A DNA stretch of 63,446 nucleotides, filler included, from Stramenopiles sp. TOSAG23-3 (GCA_900128585.1; 21 parts of 21 records of this genome joined end to end with filler, not necessarily neighbours in it); one strand, 5' to 3'; positions 33,156 to 44,555 are shown, numbered from the whole stretch's first letter. Translations and numbers: made by a program. The notes: generated by a model not told the origin, from the sequence alone.

Positions 33156-33973
33156 CGTCGTACCCTAATCCTAACTTGATTCTGTNNNNNNNNNNNNNNN
33201 NNNNNNNNNNNNNNNNNNNNNNNNNNNNNTTAATTAATTAANNNNNNNNNNNNNNNNNNNNNNNNNNNNNNNNNNNNNNNNNNNNAATTAGGGTTTTGTT
33301 GGTGGGGTTGAGTTCCCAAGTTAGCGCAAGAACTGGCATTTGCGGATCCACTAGCTAAAGTGTTCGTAGCAGGCGATTTTTTTGGGCTGCGCGCAGTGAT
33401 ATTTTTTCCCTTTCGCCGAAAATAGGCGACTCTGCTGCGATTGCACTGCGATTGCTTCCCTTTTAGCTTTTGTGCCTTTTCTTGGCTGGAATGCATTTGA
33501 TCTGAAATTAATGTGTCTTCTGGATGTCCAATTTGCTTCTAGACTGTTTGTGTGAAACGTTTTCCTTGAGCTTTGCCTGAAACATTGTTTGCTCTGACCA
33601 TTCCTCTCCCCATCACGCCATGTTCAAAGAACGGAGAGTGTGAAACAGCTAAAACTTATTTTTGATTGAGGAAAAAATGAGGAAAGAAGAAAAATGAAAA
33701 AAGAAGAATATTTGAAGGAAATAATTTATTGGCTAGCAGTCGTTGTTGGCTATAAATTAGAAATTAATTAAGTATAACATTTAGTATTCTTTTCCATTAA
33801 TGATAGGTATAATGACTGAAGCAGCTGATGGGAGTTTCGATTTTTTTGTTTTTTGTTTTTTTTATTTGTATAAAAGGATTACAGCATGGAGAAAGAAAAA
33901 GAATATTCTTTTGAAGGTTTTGATGATCCGATGAAGGTTTTCCCCGTTGTTTGGTGCTGTGTTTATATATTTA

Positions 33974-34284
33974 CAAGGATTTGTTGCTTCGCCGTCGCGC
34001 GATTTCAAGTTTCTTCTCTGCTTCGCCCAACCAATCTGGGCTCGCTCAAGGGCGCTTCTCGCAATACCCTCCCGAACTCCATAAGGCCAAAAGAATGTTA
34101 TGAAAACGGTGAGCTGCGCAGAGAAGCTTCCTTGAGCGAAACCTCTACACTATCAATGCAAGGGCTGTTGGTGCAGTATACTCCCAAGCGAGCACAGAGA
34201 AACTTCCTTGGCGAGCACAGAGAAACTTCCTTGGCGAGCGCAGAGAAACTTGAAATCGCGCGACGGCGAAGCGACAAATCCTTG
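33974..34284. mobile_element. MITE-like foldback element (311 bp, 41-55 bp terminal inverted repeats)
   Basis: CAAGGATTTGT(T/C)GCTTCGCCGTCGCGCGATTTCAAGTTTCT at 33974 is inverted at the 34284 end (40/41 match). No TSD recognised. Confidence 0.6.
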
Positions 34285-34298
34285 GTTCTACCTAAATC

Positions 34299-34560
34299 TT
34301 CCTTGAGCGAGTGCAGAATCTTCCTTGAGCGAGTGCAGAATATCTTCCTTGAGCGAGTGCAGAATAACTTCCTTGAGCGAGCGCAGAGTTTCTTCCTTGA
34401 GCAAGCGCTTCCTTGAGTGAGCGCAGAGTACTTCCTTGAGCGACCACCTTGTATCTTCCTTGAGCGAGCGCAGAGAACTTTCTTGAGCGAGCGCAGAGTT
34501 TCCTTGAGCGATCGTAAATTCCTTGAGCGAGCGCAGAGTTCTCCTTGAGTGAGCACAGAG
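34299..34560. repeat. Imperfect tandem array of TTCCTTGAGCGAG(C/T)GCAGA units
   Basis: About 12 units with period 16-24 bp. Related units also occur inside the foldback at 34128, 34204 and 34227. Confidence 0.9.
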
Positions 34561-35512
34561 CAACATCGACATCTCCGATAATTTATTCCAGTTTTCATCG
34601 ATTTTCTCTTTTCGCCCTACATTTCTATAGGCAGGGATTATGGATAGGTTTGTAGGTAGGCGAACACACCACAGAAGTGTTTTCAAACAAAAAAAATTGG
34701 AAAGTACAAAGAACCAAAAAGAATTTTCTTGATGTCAGTTTTTATTAAATAATAAAATTAAGGAATTAGAAAATCCCACCGTAAAAAATAAGACAACACT
34801 TGCAAAGATTCCGAATTTCGAAAGAAGAAATAATTTTAAAAAGAGAGACAGAAGAAGCAAGAGGATGATGATTTTATTATTAATCGTCTAATTTGTGTAT
34901 TGTATAATACCTGTACCGGTACCAAAAAAAAAAAAGGTACCAGTACATTTATTATTAGACTATTATTGTTAGAACTATTTATAATAATTGGAATTTTATT
35001 AAATAAAATTTAATATCGTGAGAATAGACTTTTATAATTTTCAGTTAGTCTAATTACTTCCCTTTTCAACCGTGCTCGTTTGNNNNNNNNNNNNNNNNNN
35101 NNNNNNNNNNNNNNNNNNNNNNNNNNTTAATTAATTAANNNNNNNNNNNNNNNNNNNNNNNNNNNNNNNNNNNNNNNNNNNNAATCACTGCTCATTTATT
35201 CTACTACTCTCCTCTTCTTGTAGCGAGCAATGTGAAAGATTCACACCACACCACCGACCCACAACAAAAAACAATCTGGTCGTATATAATAAATAATATA
35301 TACAACACAGCATCTAATTTAGTGCTGTGTTATCTAATAAATTTCTTAGCTCGGAGGGGCTCTCTTCTTAATGTTACTATTATTTTTTTCAAAAACAAAA
35401 ATGCATGAATTTATATTTTGTAGTCCTTTTTTGTAGGGTCTAATTTATTATGACTCCATTGTATTTTACGAAATGTTCGTGGGCGCGTGCGTGGTCATTG
35501 GCGCATGATGTG

Positions 35513-36088
35513 TTAAGCTGTTGGTTTGGTGCCGCCATGCGCGGCGCAGAACGCACTGTTCTTCTCCCACGCCGCGATCTTCGCCAATCGGCTGAGCGTT
35601 TGTTCGTCGCCCGTCATCCAGTGTTGCCTGTACTTGATGTAAAACAAGCGGAAATTGCCGTCCGCGTGCCTCCGAAGGCACATGTCGTATATACCTGCAG
35701 TCCGCCAGAGCCGGCCATTAAAGTTATGTGTTGCCGTGACTTTCGCAGTGAGGTTTGCGACGGCACCGTCGGTGGCGGGGTTCACCCCCGCAAAGTCCAC
35801 GACAATGTTTCCGAGTTGGTGGTGGGTGGTATTGAATCCTTCGAGAAAACATGGCCACACGAGCCAGTTGGTGTCGCGATTCAACGTCATTGGTTTCGCT
35901 CCCTCAATGTTATAGTCAGTGAAGTACGTGTCCTCGAAAAAGTCTAGCGTTAAATCCCATTGCTGGAGATCCAGGTTGTTAAAATAGCCGCTGGTGCGCT
36001 GCGCAACTGTCAGGCGTGGGTCCACTGCTGTCGTCGTCATCGCGAAAGAAGATACCAAAAGTGAGGCAATGGACAGTCCAAGAGCCAC
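35513..36088 (-). CDS. SnoaL/NTF2-like fold protein with N-terminal hydrophobic segment
   Basis: YFNNLDLQQWD, THHQLGNIVV, VTATH and AGIY match the SnoaL_4-like pattern. The likely ATG upstream is cut off by an in-frame TAG at 36092-36094. Confidence 0.7.
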   Translation of the reverse strand: MALGLSIASLLVSSFAMTTTAVDPRLTVAQRTSGYFNNLDLQQWDLTLDFFEDTYFTDYNIEGAKPMTLNRDTNWLVWPCFLEGFNTTHHQLGNIVVDFAGVNPATDGAVANLTAKVTATHNFNGRLWRTAGIYDMCLRRHADGNFRLFYIKYRQHWMTGDEQTLSRLAKIAAWEKNSAFCAAHGGTKPTA

Positions 36089-37080
36089 GAACTACGTGAT
36101 CAAAAACGCAGCCATGTTGCGGTGTGTGGAGACAGTAGTGCACTGCCGAACCTCGCTGGTTTCACCGCCGTCCATGTTGTTGTAATCTCCTGTCAGGGGT
36201 TGAAGCTGCATAGTTTCGATTGAAGAAGAACGAGCGGATAGTAGTGGCCAGCTTTTAGTTGGCTGAAACTGGGGCCTCTCTTCACTCGTGGTCCTGAGAC
36301 GTACAAGATTCTGTCCTTTAACGACGTGCCCGTTGACTTCCGAGTGACCAAAGTTTTGGCGTTCACCACAGAGTGATATAAAGCGAGAAAAACATGATTG
36401 CAAAACAAAAAAATGAAATGGGTCATCATCATTATTTGTTGTTGTTTTTTATTATTTTTATTATTATTTTATTATTATGCCATAGTAGTGTAGTTAGTTG
36501 TAAATATTAATATTAATAAATATTATACCGTCGTCGTATTATTATTATATTTCTTCTTCTTCCGTCCACTTATTACTATTATACTATCTATCTACTACTA
36601 CTACTACAACAAATTTTTTTTTTCTTCTTTTTTTTTTTTTCATCATCATATTTTATTATATTACGGTATCTCTTCTTCTTTCTCCTCCTCCTTCTTTTTT
36701 CTTTTTTTCTTCTTCTTCTTCTTCTTTCTTCATCATCATCTCCCCAAAATCAAGAATTCTTCATATTCTTTTCTTTCTAATATCCAATAAGAAAACGAAA
36801 ACGTAAAAATATGAAACAAATCATTTCATAAAAAAAGAAAATTTGAAAACAATGTATTCTCTGTCATATCAACGCAACAGTTCAAAATTAAAAGAATTAT
36901 TATGGCAAGTTTATTAGTTGGGAGTGATGACAAAAGGAGGAAGACCAGTAAGGAGGAGGACGGCATCAGCCAGCTGAANNNNNNNNNNNNNNNNNNNNNN
37001 NNNNNNNNNNNNNNNNNNNNNNTTAATTAATTAANNNNNNNNNNNNNNNNNNNNNNNNNNNNNNNNNNNNNNNNNNNNTA

Positions 37081-38874
37081 AAGGACTGCCATGGCTTGGT
37101 CGACGGCCAGTACGATTATGTTCCGCCCGAGACCTCCCCAAATGTTATCCAGTCACACAGTGGCAACGTGGGGGAAAAGGTCAATTGGAGCAACGGGGAC
37201 TTGTACATTGCAAACAAAGTGCCATACCTGCCGGTCGACCGTCAACGCGGGCAAAAGATGGCTTACCGCAAAGTACTGTACATGTATTGGGACGAAAACC
37301 ACGCCCGAAAACGAAACGAAAAGCCCAACAACATAGGGAGTACGGGCGACTCAAATGTGGAAGACGAGGCCACCGCCGCCACCGCGGAAGCCGCCGAGGT
37401 CAAACCACTTCAGCTCCCGTACGAAAACTTTGATACATTTGACCCGGATTCGAGCGAAGGCGTAGTCCCAAGCTATTGGCGAGAAGTGCCAATCAACGCA
37501 AAAGAGTGGGACGAGGAGATGAAAAATGCCGCCGGCAAAGAACAGCCGAAGTTCATTACCAGGATATCGTTGAAGATCCAGAAGACAAAGGAGCCAGTCA
37601 GCGCAGCGTCGACAAACACAAACGCTGACGCCAAAAAATCCCAGCTGGAGGGCGAGGACGACGCCAAAAACGAAAAACCCCAGCTGGAGGGCGAGGACGA
37701 CGCCAAAAACAAAAAACCCCAGCTGGAGGGCGAGGTCCAACGGGACGAGCGGTCGACCGTGCTGACGCTTAACGACGCGTTGGTTAATGGAAACAAACAC
37801 CTTTCGTTTTTCCTTGAAGGCTCGGACAAGAAGTCTCACCCAATAAAAATAGAAAAGAGCGAAGGCGTTACGATACCCACATGGTCATGGGTGTGGGCGG
37901 GTGGGTGCCTGTCGATTAATAACGAAGCACAGGAGGGTACTACCGAAAGTGGCGAAAACCCGCAAGGCAACGAAACCCACGAACCGGAGCATGAGGGGCC
38001 CGAGCCCGAGACTCCTGAAACGAAGGCAAACGAAAAGGACCCATTTTTGAGTCGCCACAAAAGCGAAACGTTGAACACGTTAGAGAGAAAAAGAATGGCG
38101 AAGTTTAAGGCTTTTGTCAAAAGAAAACAACGCTTGAAATTGATTCGACGGGACGACGAAGACAAGCACGAGATGCGGTTTGTGGACGTTATAAAGGTTG
38201 GCGGCTCTGGTGCCGACGAGGGCAAGGCAGTTTTGCTCGAGAGCGAAGAGTATCAGAAGAAGACGAGGCACGATGTCAACCACGAAGAAAAGCCATTGCT
38301 GACCAAAGGGTTCGTCAGAGACGAGGAGAGCGAAGTGGACCCCCGCTTTTACCACCAAATCGCAGATTTTGTGAGCTCCGTCATTCTCGAACGAGTGTAC
38401 ACAGTCATTGACATAATTGAAAACGTCCATCTGGGCTCGAGGAAGAACAGTGCAAAATCGAAGCTCGGAGAAAAGGGCGCGCAGCGACAATCCTTGCCCG
38501 AATTTCTGCCGATTTGGCAGCGATGCATGCGAATCGAGGGCCTCGAGCGCACGCTGTCATCGAAAGAGAAAGAGTCCCAAAACATGCTGAAGTGGTTCAA
38601 CAAGTTCGACTCCGATAAGAGCGGTTCTATCGATATGAAAGAATTTGCGAACGCGTTGCAGTCCATGGGCTTTCGTCTGCACAAGAAAGAGATAAAGACC
38701 CTGATGGAACGGTTTGACCGAGAGGGTGACGGCGAAATCGACTACAAAGAGTTTGCCATCTGGCTGAACGAAAGCTCTGCACTCGTTAAGGAGCGCAGCT
38801 TACACCAAATATTGGCGATAATCCAGAAGATTCGGGATTCCAGCCAAGAAGGCTCCGAGGACTCGAAAACAGAC
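37081..38874 (+). CDS. EF-hand protein fragment (both ends truncated)
   Basis: Canonical EF-hand pair DSDKSGSIDMKEF and DREGDGEIDYKEF. The frame is open across the whole contig. Confidence 0.85.
37627..37735 (+). repeat. Coding tandem repeat, about 39 bp x3 (DAKNEKPQLEGED)
   Basis: CCCAGCTGGAGGGCGAGG occurs three times. Confidence 0.85.
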
Positions 38875-39348
38875 NNNNNNNNNNNNNNNNNNNNNNNNNN
38901 NNNNNNNNNNNNNNNNNNTTAATTAATTAANNNNNNNNNNNNNNNNNNNNNNNNNNNNNNNNNNNNNNNNNNNNAAAAACTACTTGAAAACGTTTTCTTG
39001 TTGTAGCTCAACCGGTAAGATTATGACGACTCCACTAGAAGAAGACAGTACTTTAAAAAACCAACCGATACTATGATTTAAAACACAACATACACACACA
39101 TTTTATACGCATAAAAAAGAAAACAAAGAAAGAATCTACCAACCTTAAAAACAAAAGATAAGTTATACTACGACTGTATTTTCAATTGTTTTCATTCAAC
39201 GGAACGAAACGAGAAAGGACGGTGTGTGTGTGGAAGTGTGTGTGTGTGTGTGACCACGGTTTGCTTCATAATATTTCTCCCGTAAACGTTGGAGTGGGGT
39301 ACGCCGTTCGCGCATTTGCAGACTGCTAGTTATTTTTTTGGTTTGATA

Positions 39349-40500
39349 ATGAAAGCCATTACCGTCTTAGTTCCCGGGAGAAAGCTGTCCAAGTTCAATA
39401 TAAAATTGGGGGATGGGGGCACTATTGGAGATTTGAAAGTGAAGCTGGCGAAGCGGTTGGGGTGGACACCGGCGAACGTTCGACTCATATGCAACGGGGC
39501 AGAACTGACCGAGTCGAGCGCGCCAGGGGCGGGCAGCTGCAGCGTAGAGGGTCATAAAATTTTTGCCATGTTCTCCACCGCCAAGGAGAAGGGCGAGACC
39601 CGCTCGTTCAAGGTCAAGCTAAAGGTCTTTACCCCCCCGACCGTGAAGCTTCACCACGTGAGCGTCCGCGGCGACATGAAGCGGTCGGACCTGTTCGCGA
39701 TTTTGGGCGCACTCGTCCCGAAAGAGATGCTCTCAAACTTCAATTTTTCCTTTTACCACAAGGGCGAGAAGGTTCGAGACGACTCGTACTGCCTGGGCCA
39801 GCTCCAGGTCAAGGCGGGCTCGGTTTTGACGGTGCGCCGGTCGGACGTCATCGTGAAGAAGAACGTGACCGTTTCGGTGACCCACCCGACGAAGGGCGGC
39901 ACCGTGACCGTCACGGGCAGCTTCGGCAGCAGTTACTCGGCGGGGGCGATCAAGTTGTGCATGTACAAGCGGCAGAAGATTCCCCGGGAGTACTCCCCTG
40001 GCCTGGTGACGTTGTACCACGACCGAACCGGGAAACGGTTGGACGATTTCAAAACGTTGGGCGAGCAGGACGTGCGGGATGGGGACTCCCTTTCGCTGAC
40101 CGTCGCTTCCGCGGACGGGACAATGCTGCTGCCCCTTCGAACGTTCCTGGGGAAGAAGAAGGCGGCGAAGAAACGCAGCGGCGGGAGGGCGAGGGCGAGG
40201 GCGGCCAAGGACTCCTTTTCCGGTTTCAAAAAAGGGTTTTGGGGGGGGGCGCAACAAGAGGACAAAGAAGAAAACGTCGTCGAAAGCGGCAGCCGTCCGC
40301 GCAATGGTACAGCCGTTGGCGGCGGCGGCAGAGCTGGGGAAGGAGAACCACATCAACCGCCCCGAGCCCCTGCCTCCTCGGATCAACTTGGCAGCGCGGA
40401 AATTGAAACTACGAGAACTGCCCACCAACAGCCTCAGCAGCAACAAGATCAACAGCACCGCGAGCCAAACACCGTTGGGGAGGAAGACGACCTTGCTTGA
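39349..40500 (+). CDS. Protein with three ubiquitin-like domains and low-complexity tail
   Basis: TIGDLKVKL...VRLICNGAEL; FYHKGEKV.D....LGQLQVKAGSVLTV; GKRLDDFKTLGEQDVRDGDSLSL. Confidence 0.75.
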   Translation: MKAITVLVPGRKLSKFNIKLGDGGTIGDLKVKLAKRLGWTPANVRLICNGAELTESSAPGAGSCSVEGHKIFAMFSTAKEKGETRSFKVKLKVFTPPTVKLHHVSVRGDMKRSDLFAILGALVPKEMLSNFNFSFYHKGEKVRDDSYCLGQLQVKAGSVLTVRRSDVIVKKNVTVSVTHPTKGGTVTVTGSFGSSYSAGAIKLCMYKRQKIPREYSPGLVTLYHDRTGKRLDDFKTLGEQDVRDGDSLSLTVASADGTMLLPLRTFLGKKKAAKKRSGGRARARAAKDSFSGFKKGFWGGAQQEDKEENVVESGSRPRNGTAVGGGGRAGEGEPHQPPRAPASSDQLGSAEIETTRTAHQQPQQQQDQQHREPNTVGEEDDLA

Positions 40501-40662
40501 ACCAATCGATCGTCCAAGACACCAACAACACGAAGAGTAAAAGCAAAAAACAAAAAAAGGAGAAGAACGATGGGTTTGGTGTGAAGTATTATAAAATGAG
40601 TTTTTTCTTCTTCATCTTCTTCTTCTCTTCTTTCACGATTAATCTCCGTACTATAATGTACT

Positions 40663-40768
40663 TAAAAGAACTACTAGACTATCAAAAAGAACTACTAGAC
40701 TATCAAAAAGAACTCTCTATTCAGAGATCAGAGAACAGAGAACAGAGAACAGAGAACAGAGAACAGAG
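40663..40768. repeat. 21-bp tandem duplication plus (AGAACAG)n heptamer repeat
   Basis: AAAAGAACTACTAGACTATC occurs twice, followed by AGAACAG units up to the contig end. Confidence 0.8.
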
Positions 40769-40997
40769 NNNNNNNNNNNNNNNNNNNNNNNNNNNNNNNN
40801 NNNNNNNNNNNNTTAATTAATTAANNNNNNNNNNNNNNNNNNNNNNNNNNNNNNNNNNNNNNNNNNNNTTCTTTGAATTTACAAAAGAGAAAGAATGGGA
40901 AGGGTACAAACAATTGAATTGAATTGAATTGGCTTAATTTATTGTTTACTTGAGCGTTGGATTGACCACAGAACAGGTGTGTACACACGGGTGATAG

Positions 40998-41504
40998 ATG
41001 GCGAGTAAAGTAGGTGGCAACGAGGGCGGTGGTAGTGGTGGGAGCTTTTTCAGCATGTTTGTCGTTGGGGATAGCATAGAGCGAAGTATCGACGGGTCTT
41101 GGTTTCTAGGAGAAATTCAGGCCGTTTTCCCACCAACTGACACTGTATCAGGGGAGTGTATATACAATATTTTTTACAATGACATTGGTAACACAGAAAC
41201 GGACGTGCCGGAGAGCGAGCTCCGACTGTCGGAAACCAGTGCAAAGGAGAACGACGAGACGAGCAACGAGATGCCGGTGGGGAAAGTAGTCACCGCCGGC
41301 TCAAAGTGCGACGAAGACGACGGGGAAATGGCGGAAGGGGGGAAAAGAAACGATGGTGGGAATGTTGTATTCCACAGCGCGCTGGCGGACGACAACGAAA
41401 CGTTGCAAAGCACGGGGACCGCCTACCTTGTCCACGGAGGAACGAGCGCCGGTGGGAATATGGGTGGCAGTGGGCTGCGTGCCATACGGGCTTTGAAGCG
41501 ATAG
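40998..41504 (+). CDS. Small protein with Tudor-like domain
   Basis: FVVGDSIE....GSWFLGEI..V......YNIFYND.GNTETDVP.SELR fits a Tudor/SH3-like barrel pattern. Confidence 0.7.
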   Translation: MASKVGGNEGGGSGGSFFSMFVVGDSIERSIDGSWFLGEIQAVFPPTDTVSGECIYNIFYNDIGNTETDVPESELRLSETSAKENDETSNEMPVGKVVTAGSKCDEDDGEMAEGGKRNDGGNVVFHSALADDNETLQSTGTAYLVHGGTSAGGNMGGSGLRAIRALKR

Positions 41505-41631
41505 TTGGTTGGTGCCCCTCCGTACGAATGTGCGTCAACCCCGTAGGAGGGTTTCGTTTTTACAAAAGAGCCTAATATTCTACGAATATATATACTACGA
41601 GTACACACATATATATATAATGCCAACAAAT

Positions 41632-42642
41632 TTAATACTGTCTTCTGAACACCGCCCGAATTTTCTTCAAGGCCTGGACAGGGTCGATCGCCTCATGGCC
41701 TACACACTCGACGTCCTCCCGTTTCCGTTTACTACTACTATTCCCCGACTTGGTCCTGCTAGCGTACGCCAAGAATGAGTTCAATACTATCTTCCAACCA
41801 GGAGTCTTCATCGCCGTCCCTGGGACCCTGTTCATGGCCCGATATGGGCAAAAGTACCTGTGGCCGTTTAGCACGTCCAGCTTGTCTCCCAGCGCAACAT
41901 GACGATTGCACAGTCTGCACGTAACGACGCCCGAGAAATCCCACGGCTCGTCCCCCAAGCCCTTCCCCCGCCCGTCCGCGGCGACCGACTCCCAGCCATA
42001 AATGGCCATGACAAGGAACAAGTCTTTTCTCAACGAGGCAAGATCACCCTTCAGCTCCCCGTCACAGCTTGAAAGGTCTAACGATGGCGAAGGTACTGAA
42101 CTGTCCCGGTACAGCCGCTTCAAGCTTTCCTTTCGTACGTTCACCTGCAACGTCATCTCTTTGTCCGGCTGTACTTGAAAAGTCAAAAATGAAAGCGGGG
42201 ACGGGTTGTTCTTCCACGGGCAGTCGCCTTTGTGCTCTCCGGGGAGACGTTCTAATAATGTCAGGGACGCTTCTTTTTTTCCCGCGTAGTCTAGGTCATC
42301 CGAAACCTTGTCAATTATTTGTTTGCCGCAAGAAATGCACTCCAAGTGGTCCGGGCCGATGTTGATCCACCCAAACCGGGCGCACTGCAACGGCCCTACC
42401 TCCGCCGGTTTTGCAAACCAAGTCGGCACGGCGAACGTCGACGCTCGCTTGGTAAACATTCCGTAATCCCACGGCTTACACTTTGACTGATTCGTCTCTC
42501 CCAGCTTAAAAGGAAGGGGAATGTCAGTGGTAATTTTAGTCGGCGACGTATCCAACCTTAACGATGCCGTGCACTCGGTAGCAGCCGCATCCAGCAGTAC
42601 CAATGCTTTCGAAACGCTCGTCCCCATATAATTCATTGCCAC
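41632..42642 (-). CDS. ZC3HC1: C3HC zinc-finger protein (NIPA/ZC3HC1/Rsm1-like)
   Basis: TWFAKP...LQCARFGW...LECISC...H.GDCPW and a second module YGW...CRLC...HRYFCP. Confidence 0.8.
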   Translation of the reverse strand: MAMNYMGTSVSKALVLLDAAATECTASLRLDTSPTKITTDIPLPFKLGETNQSKCKPWDYGMFTKRASTFAVPTWFAKPAEVGPLQCARFGWINIGPDHLECISCGKQIIDKVSDDLDYAGKKEASLTLLERLPGEHKGDCPWKNNPSPLSFLTFQVQPDKEMTLQVNVRKESLKRLYRDSSVPSPSLDLSSCDGELKGDLASLRKDLFLVMAIYGWESVAADGRGKGLGDEPWDFSGVVTCRLCNRHVALGDKLDVLNGHRYFCPYRAMNRVPGTAMKTPGWKIVLNSFLAYASRTKSGNSSSKRKREDVECVGHEAIDPVQALKKIRAVFRRQY

Positions 42643-42762
42643 AACCTTACAAACAAAAACAANNNNNNNNNNNNNNNNNNNNNNNNNNNNNNNNNNNNNN
42701 NNNNNNTTAATTAATTAANNNNNNNNNNNNNNNNNNNNNNNNNNNNNNNNNNNNNNNNNNNN

Positions 42763-43164
42763 GACTGTCGACAGGTCGGGCTTGGCAACATCCTTGTACT
42801 TTGCCCATTTTTCCAACCCTTTTGCCCATTTTCCACTTCCAACGGCTAGTCTGAGTTTTACTTCATACGGCGGGTGTGTCACTGACGAACGGGATTGGGT
42901 CGTTTTTCGCCGTTTCGTATTTGCTTGTCTCTCGTCCTTCTCGCGGACACCTCTAATCTTCACGCCAATCTCACACCGTTCATAGCTCTTTGACTCTTGA
43001 AACGCGACGTACGCATCGGTTCGTGGCTCGCGTTTTTTACTTATCGTAAGCCACGAACCGATACCTGGCCGCTTCGCCATTTTACCAAGTGTTTCTTGGA
43101 GGGCGACGTTCTCAGAAAACGCCTCCTTCGTGACAAATACCCTGAACTCCCACGACGTTGTCAT
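42763..43164 (-). CDS. Hypothetical protein, possibly CYTH/triphosphate-tunnel-like; 3'-truncated
   Basis: WEFRVF, EPRTDAY, GVKIRG, YEVKLR and EKWAK resemble CYTH strand motifs. Confidence 0.5.
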
Positions 43165-43899
43165 CTTATTCAAATAGTACCAGAAAGAGCAACGATGGTT
43201 TCACATTCAAAACACCTTTGTCTCATTGTAAGATGAAATCGTCGCAATGAACTAGAATTATTATATAAAAAAACCCTGTGAAACAATTTCATTTCACTGG
43301 ATTCTCTTCTTGAACAACTTCTTGAATAATTATTAGTTTCTTGTTGATGAGATTATTTTTTTTTCCGTCGTCTGACCTTCTTTGAATCAAAGGCCTTAAT
43401 AGGTAAATATAATAGGAATTAATAATTAAAAAAAAGATATTTTATTATATTATTTTTTGTCGTCGATCGATCGTCGAAGAGAAGAAAGAAAAAAAACAAG
43501 ATAGAAGAAGAAGACGAGAAGACGACGACAAAAAAAACAATTTCATTTTATTTGTTCATCATCTCATTGTGATACATACACACTTAGATAGATAGATTTT
43601 AAAAAAGATAGAGTGTTAGTTTTTTAAGAAAGAAAAAAAGACAGGAGAATATTAAAGATAGAATTGAATCTCTCTCTCTCTCGTAGGTTTCACAGCTTGT
43701 ACATTACAATCGTTGGGAAAGAATCGAATGCACCGGTACAGTGGTAGTTTGTCCATTATAGAACCCCTCTATAAATAGTAGCCTCGCTTATATCCGAAGA
43801 TAAAGTGTGTGCACACGCACGTATCTACGTAAGCGTTTGAGAGTTGTATTGTTGCAAAGGGCCCATTTTTGAAGCAGCATTTGCACGTAATACTAAACC

Positions 43900-44136
43900 A
43901 TGGATTTTTCGGGTTGGCTTGTGGTAATCTTTTGTGTCTTTTTGGTTTCTTCCTGGTTCATTTGGGCGTGTGGCGGTCGGACGGTGACAAAGTGGTTTTG
44001 TGAGCATTACGTCCTTCGGCCTTGCGGGTTCAGCCCGTTCGTAGCCCTGGACAATGGAAACGAGAGGTTCATTGACACAGAGAGCGTGGGAGAGGAAGAC
44101 CACGAGAACAGTACCTCGTACGTTGAAATGTTGTAG
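43900..44136 (+). CDS. Small putative single-pass membrane protein
   Basis: 78-aa ORF with an N-terminal hydrophobic helix. TATAAATA lies upstream at about 43770. Confidence 0.4.
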   Translation: MDFSGWLVVIFCVFLVSSWFIWACGGRTVTKWFCEHYVLRPCGFSPFVALDNGNERFIDTESVGEEDHENSTSYVEML

Positions 44137-44305
44137 GGAGACAGAAATACGTACATACGAGGAGCCGCTACGCCAAGTAATGAGGGTGTGTATTGATACC
44201 CTCGGCGAATGTTCATTAATTTATCGTAAGATAAGAATTGTTCGTAAGACTTAAGAAAATGTCACGAAACTACTAAGAATTCGTACAGTATAGGCAGATG
44301 ATTAA

Positions 44306-44476
44306 TTACTCCAGACTCTTCAAGTACTTCTTGTGCGCCTTATCCTGGGCTTTGAACTGCTTGGCCAACTTCTTCAGTTTGCTCTTGGCGACGGGCTCGC
44401 CCTTCGCGTCGTGGGTCGGCATGCCTTTGTCGTCGAATTTTGAATAATCAGGGTTCTTCAAGAACATTTCGGCCGG
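44306..44476 (-). CDS. CARS1: C-terminal fragment of cytosolic cysteinyl-tRNA synthetase
   Basis: PAEMFL...YSKFDDKGMPTHDAKGEPVAKS.LKKL.K....Q.K.H..Y is the typical eukaryotic CysRS tail. It is fused upstream to an inverted copy of the contig start. Confidence 0.75.
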   Translation of the reverse strand, partial: PAEMFLKNPDYSKFDDKGMPTHDAKGEPVAKSKLKKLAKQFKAQDKAHKKYLKSLE

Positions 44477-44555
44477 TGGAAGTGGAAAATGGGCAAAAGG
44501 GTTGGAAAAATGGGCAAAGTACAAGGATGTTGCCAAGCCCGACCTGTCGACAGTC
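44477..44555. repeat. 79-bp inverted copy of the contig start (42763..42841)
   Basis: Exact reverse complement of 42763..42841. Confidence 0.9.

Noticed and set aside
34299-34560. CRISPR-like array
   Set aside because: Variable parts are only a few bases long and related to each other. There are no unique spacers or cas genes, and the context is eukaryotic.
33886-34686. ORFs with LRSLKE / FLERVQ repeats
   Set aside because: Unit lengths are not consistently multiples of three, so the ORFs are by-products of the DNA repeat.
36092-36094. Alternative genetic code (TAG reassigned)
   Set aside because: TAG ends several conserved genes at expected positions, and long conserved CDSs contain no internal TAG.
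42763-44555. DNA transposon with 79-bp TIRs
   Set aside because: The arms are coding sequence of one gene and truncate CysRS. There is no transposase, and the pattern fits an inversion chimera.
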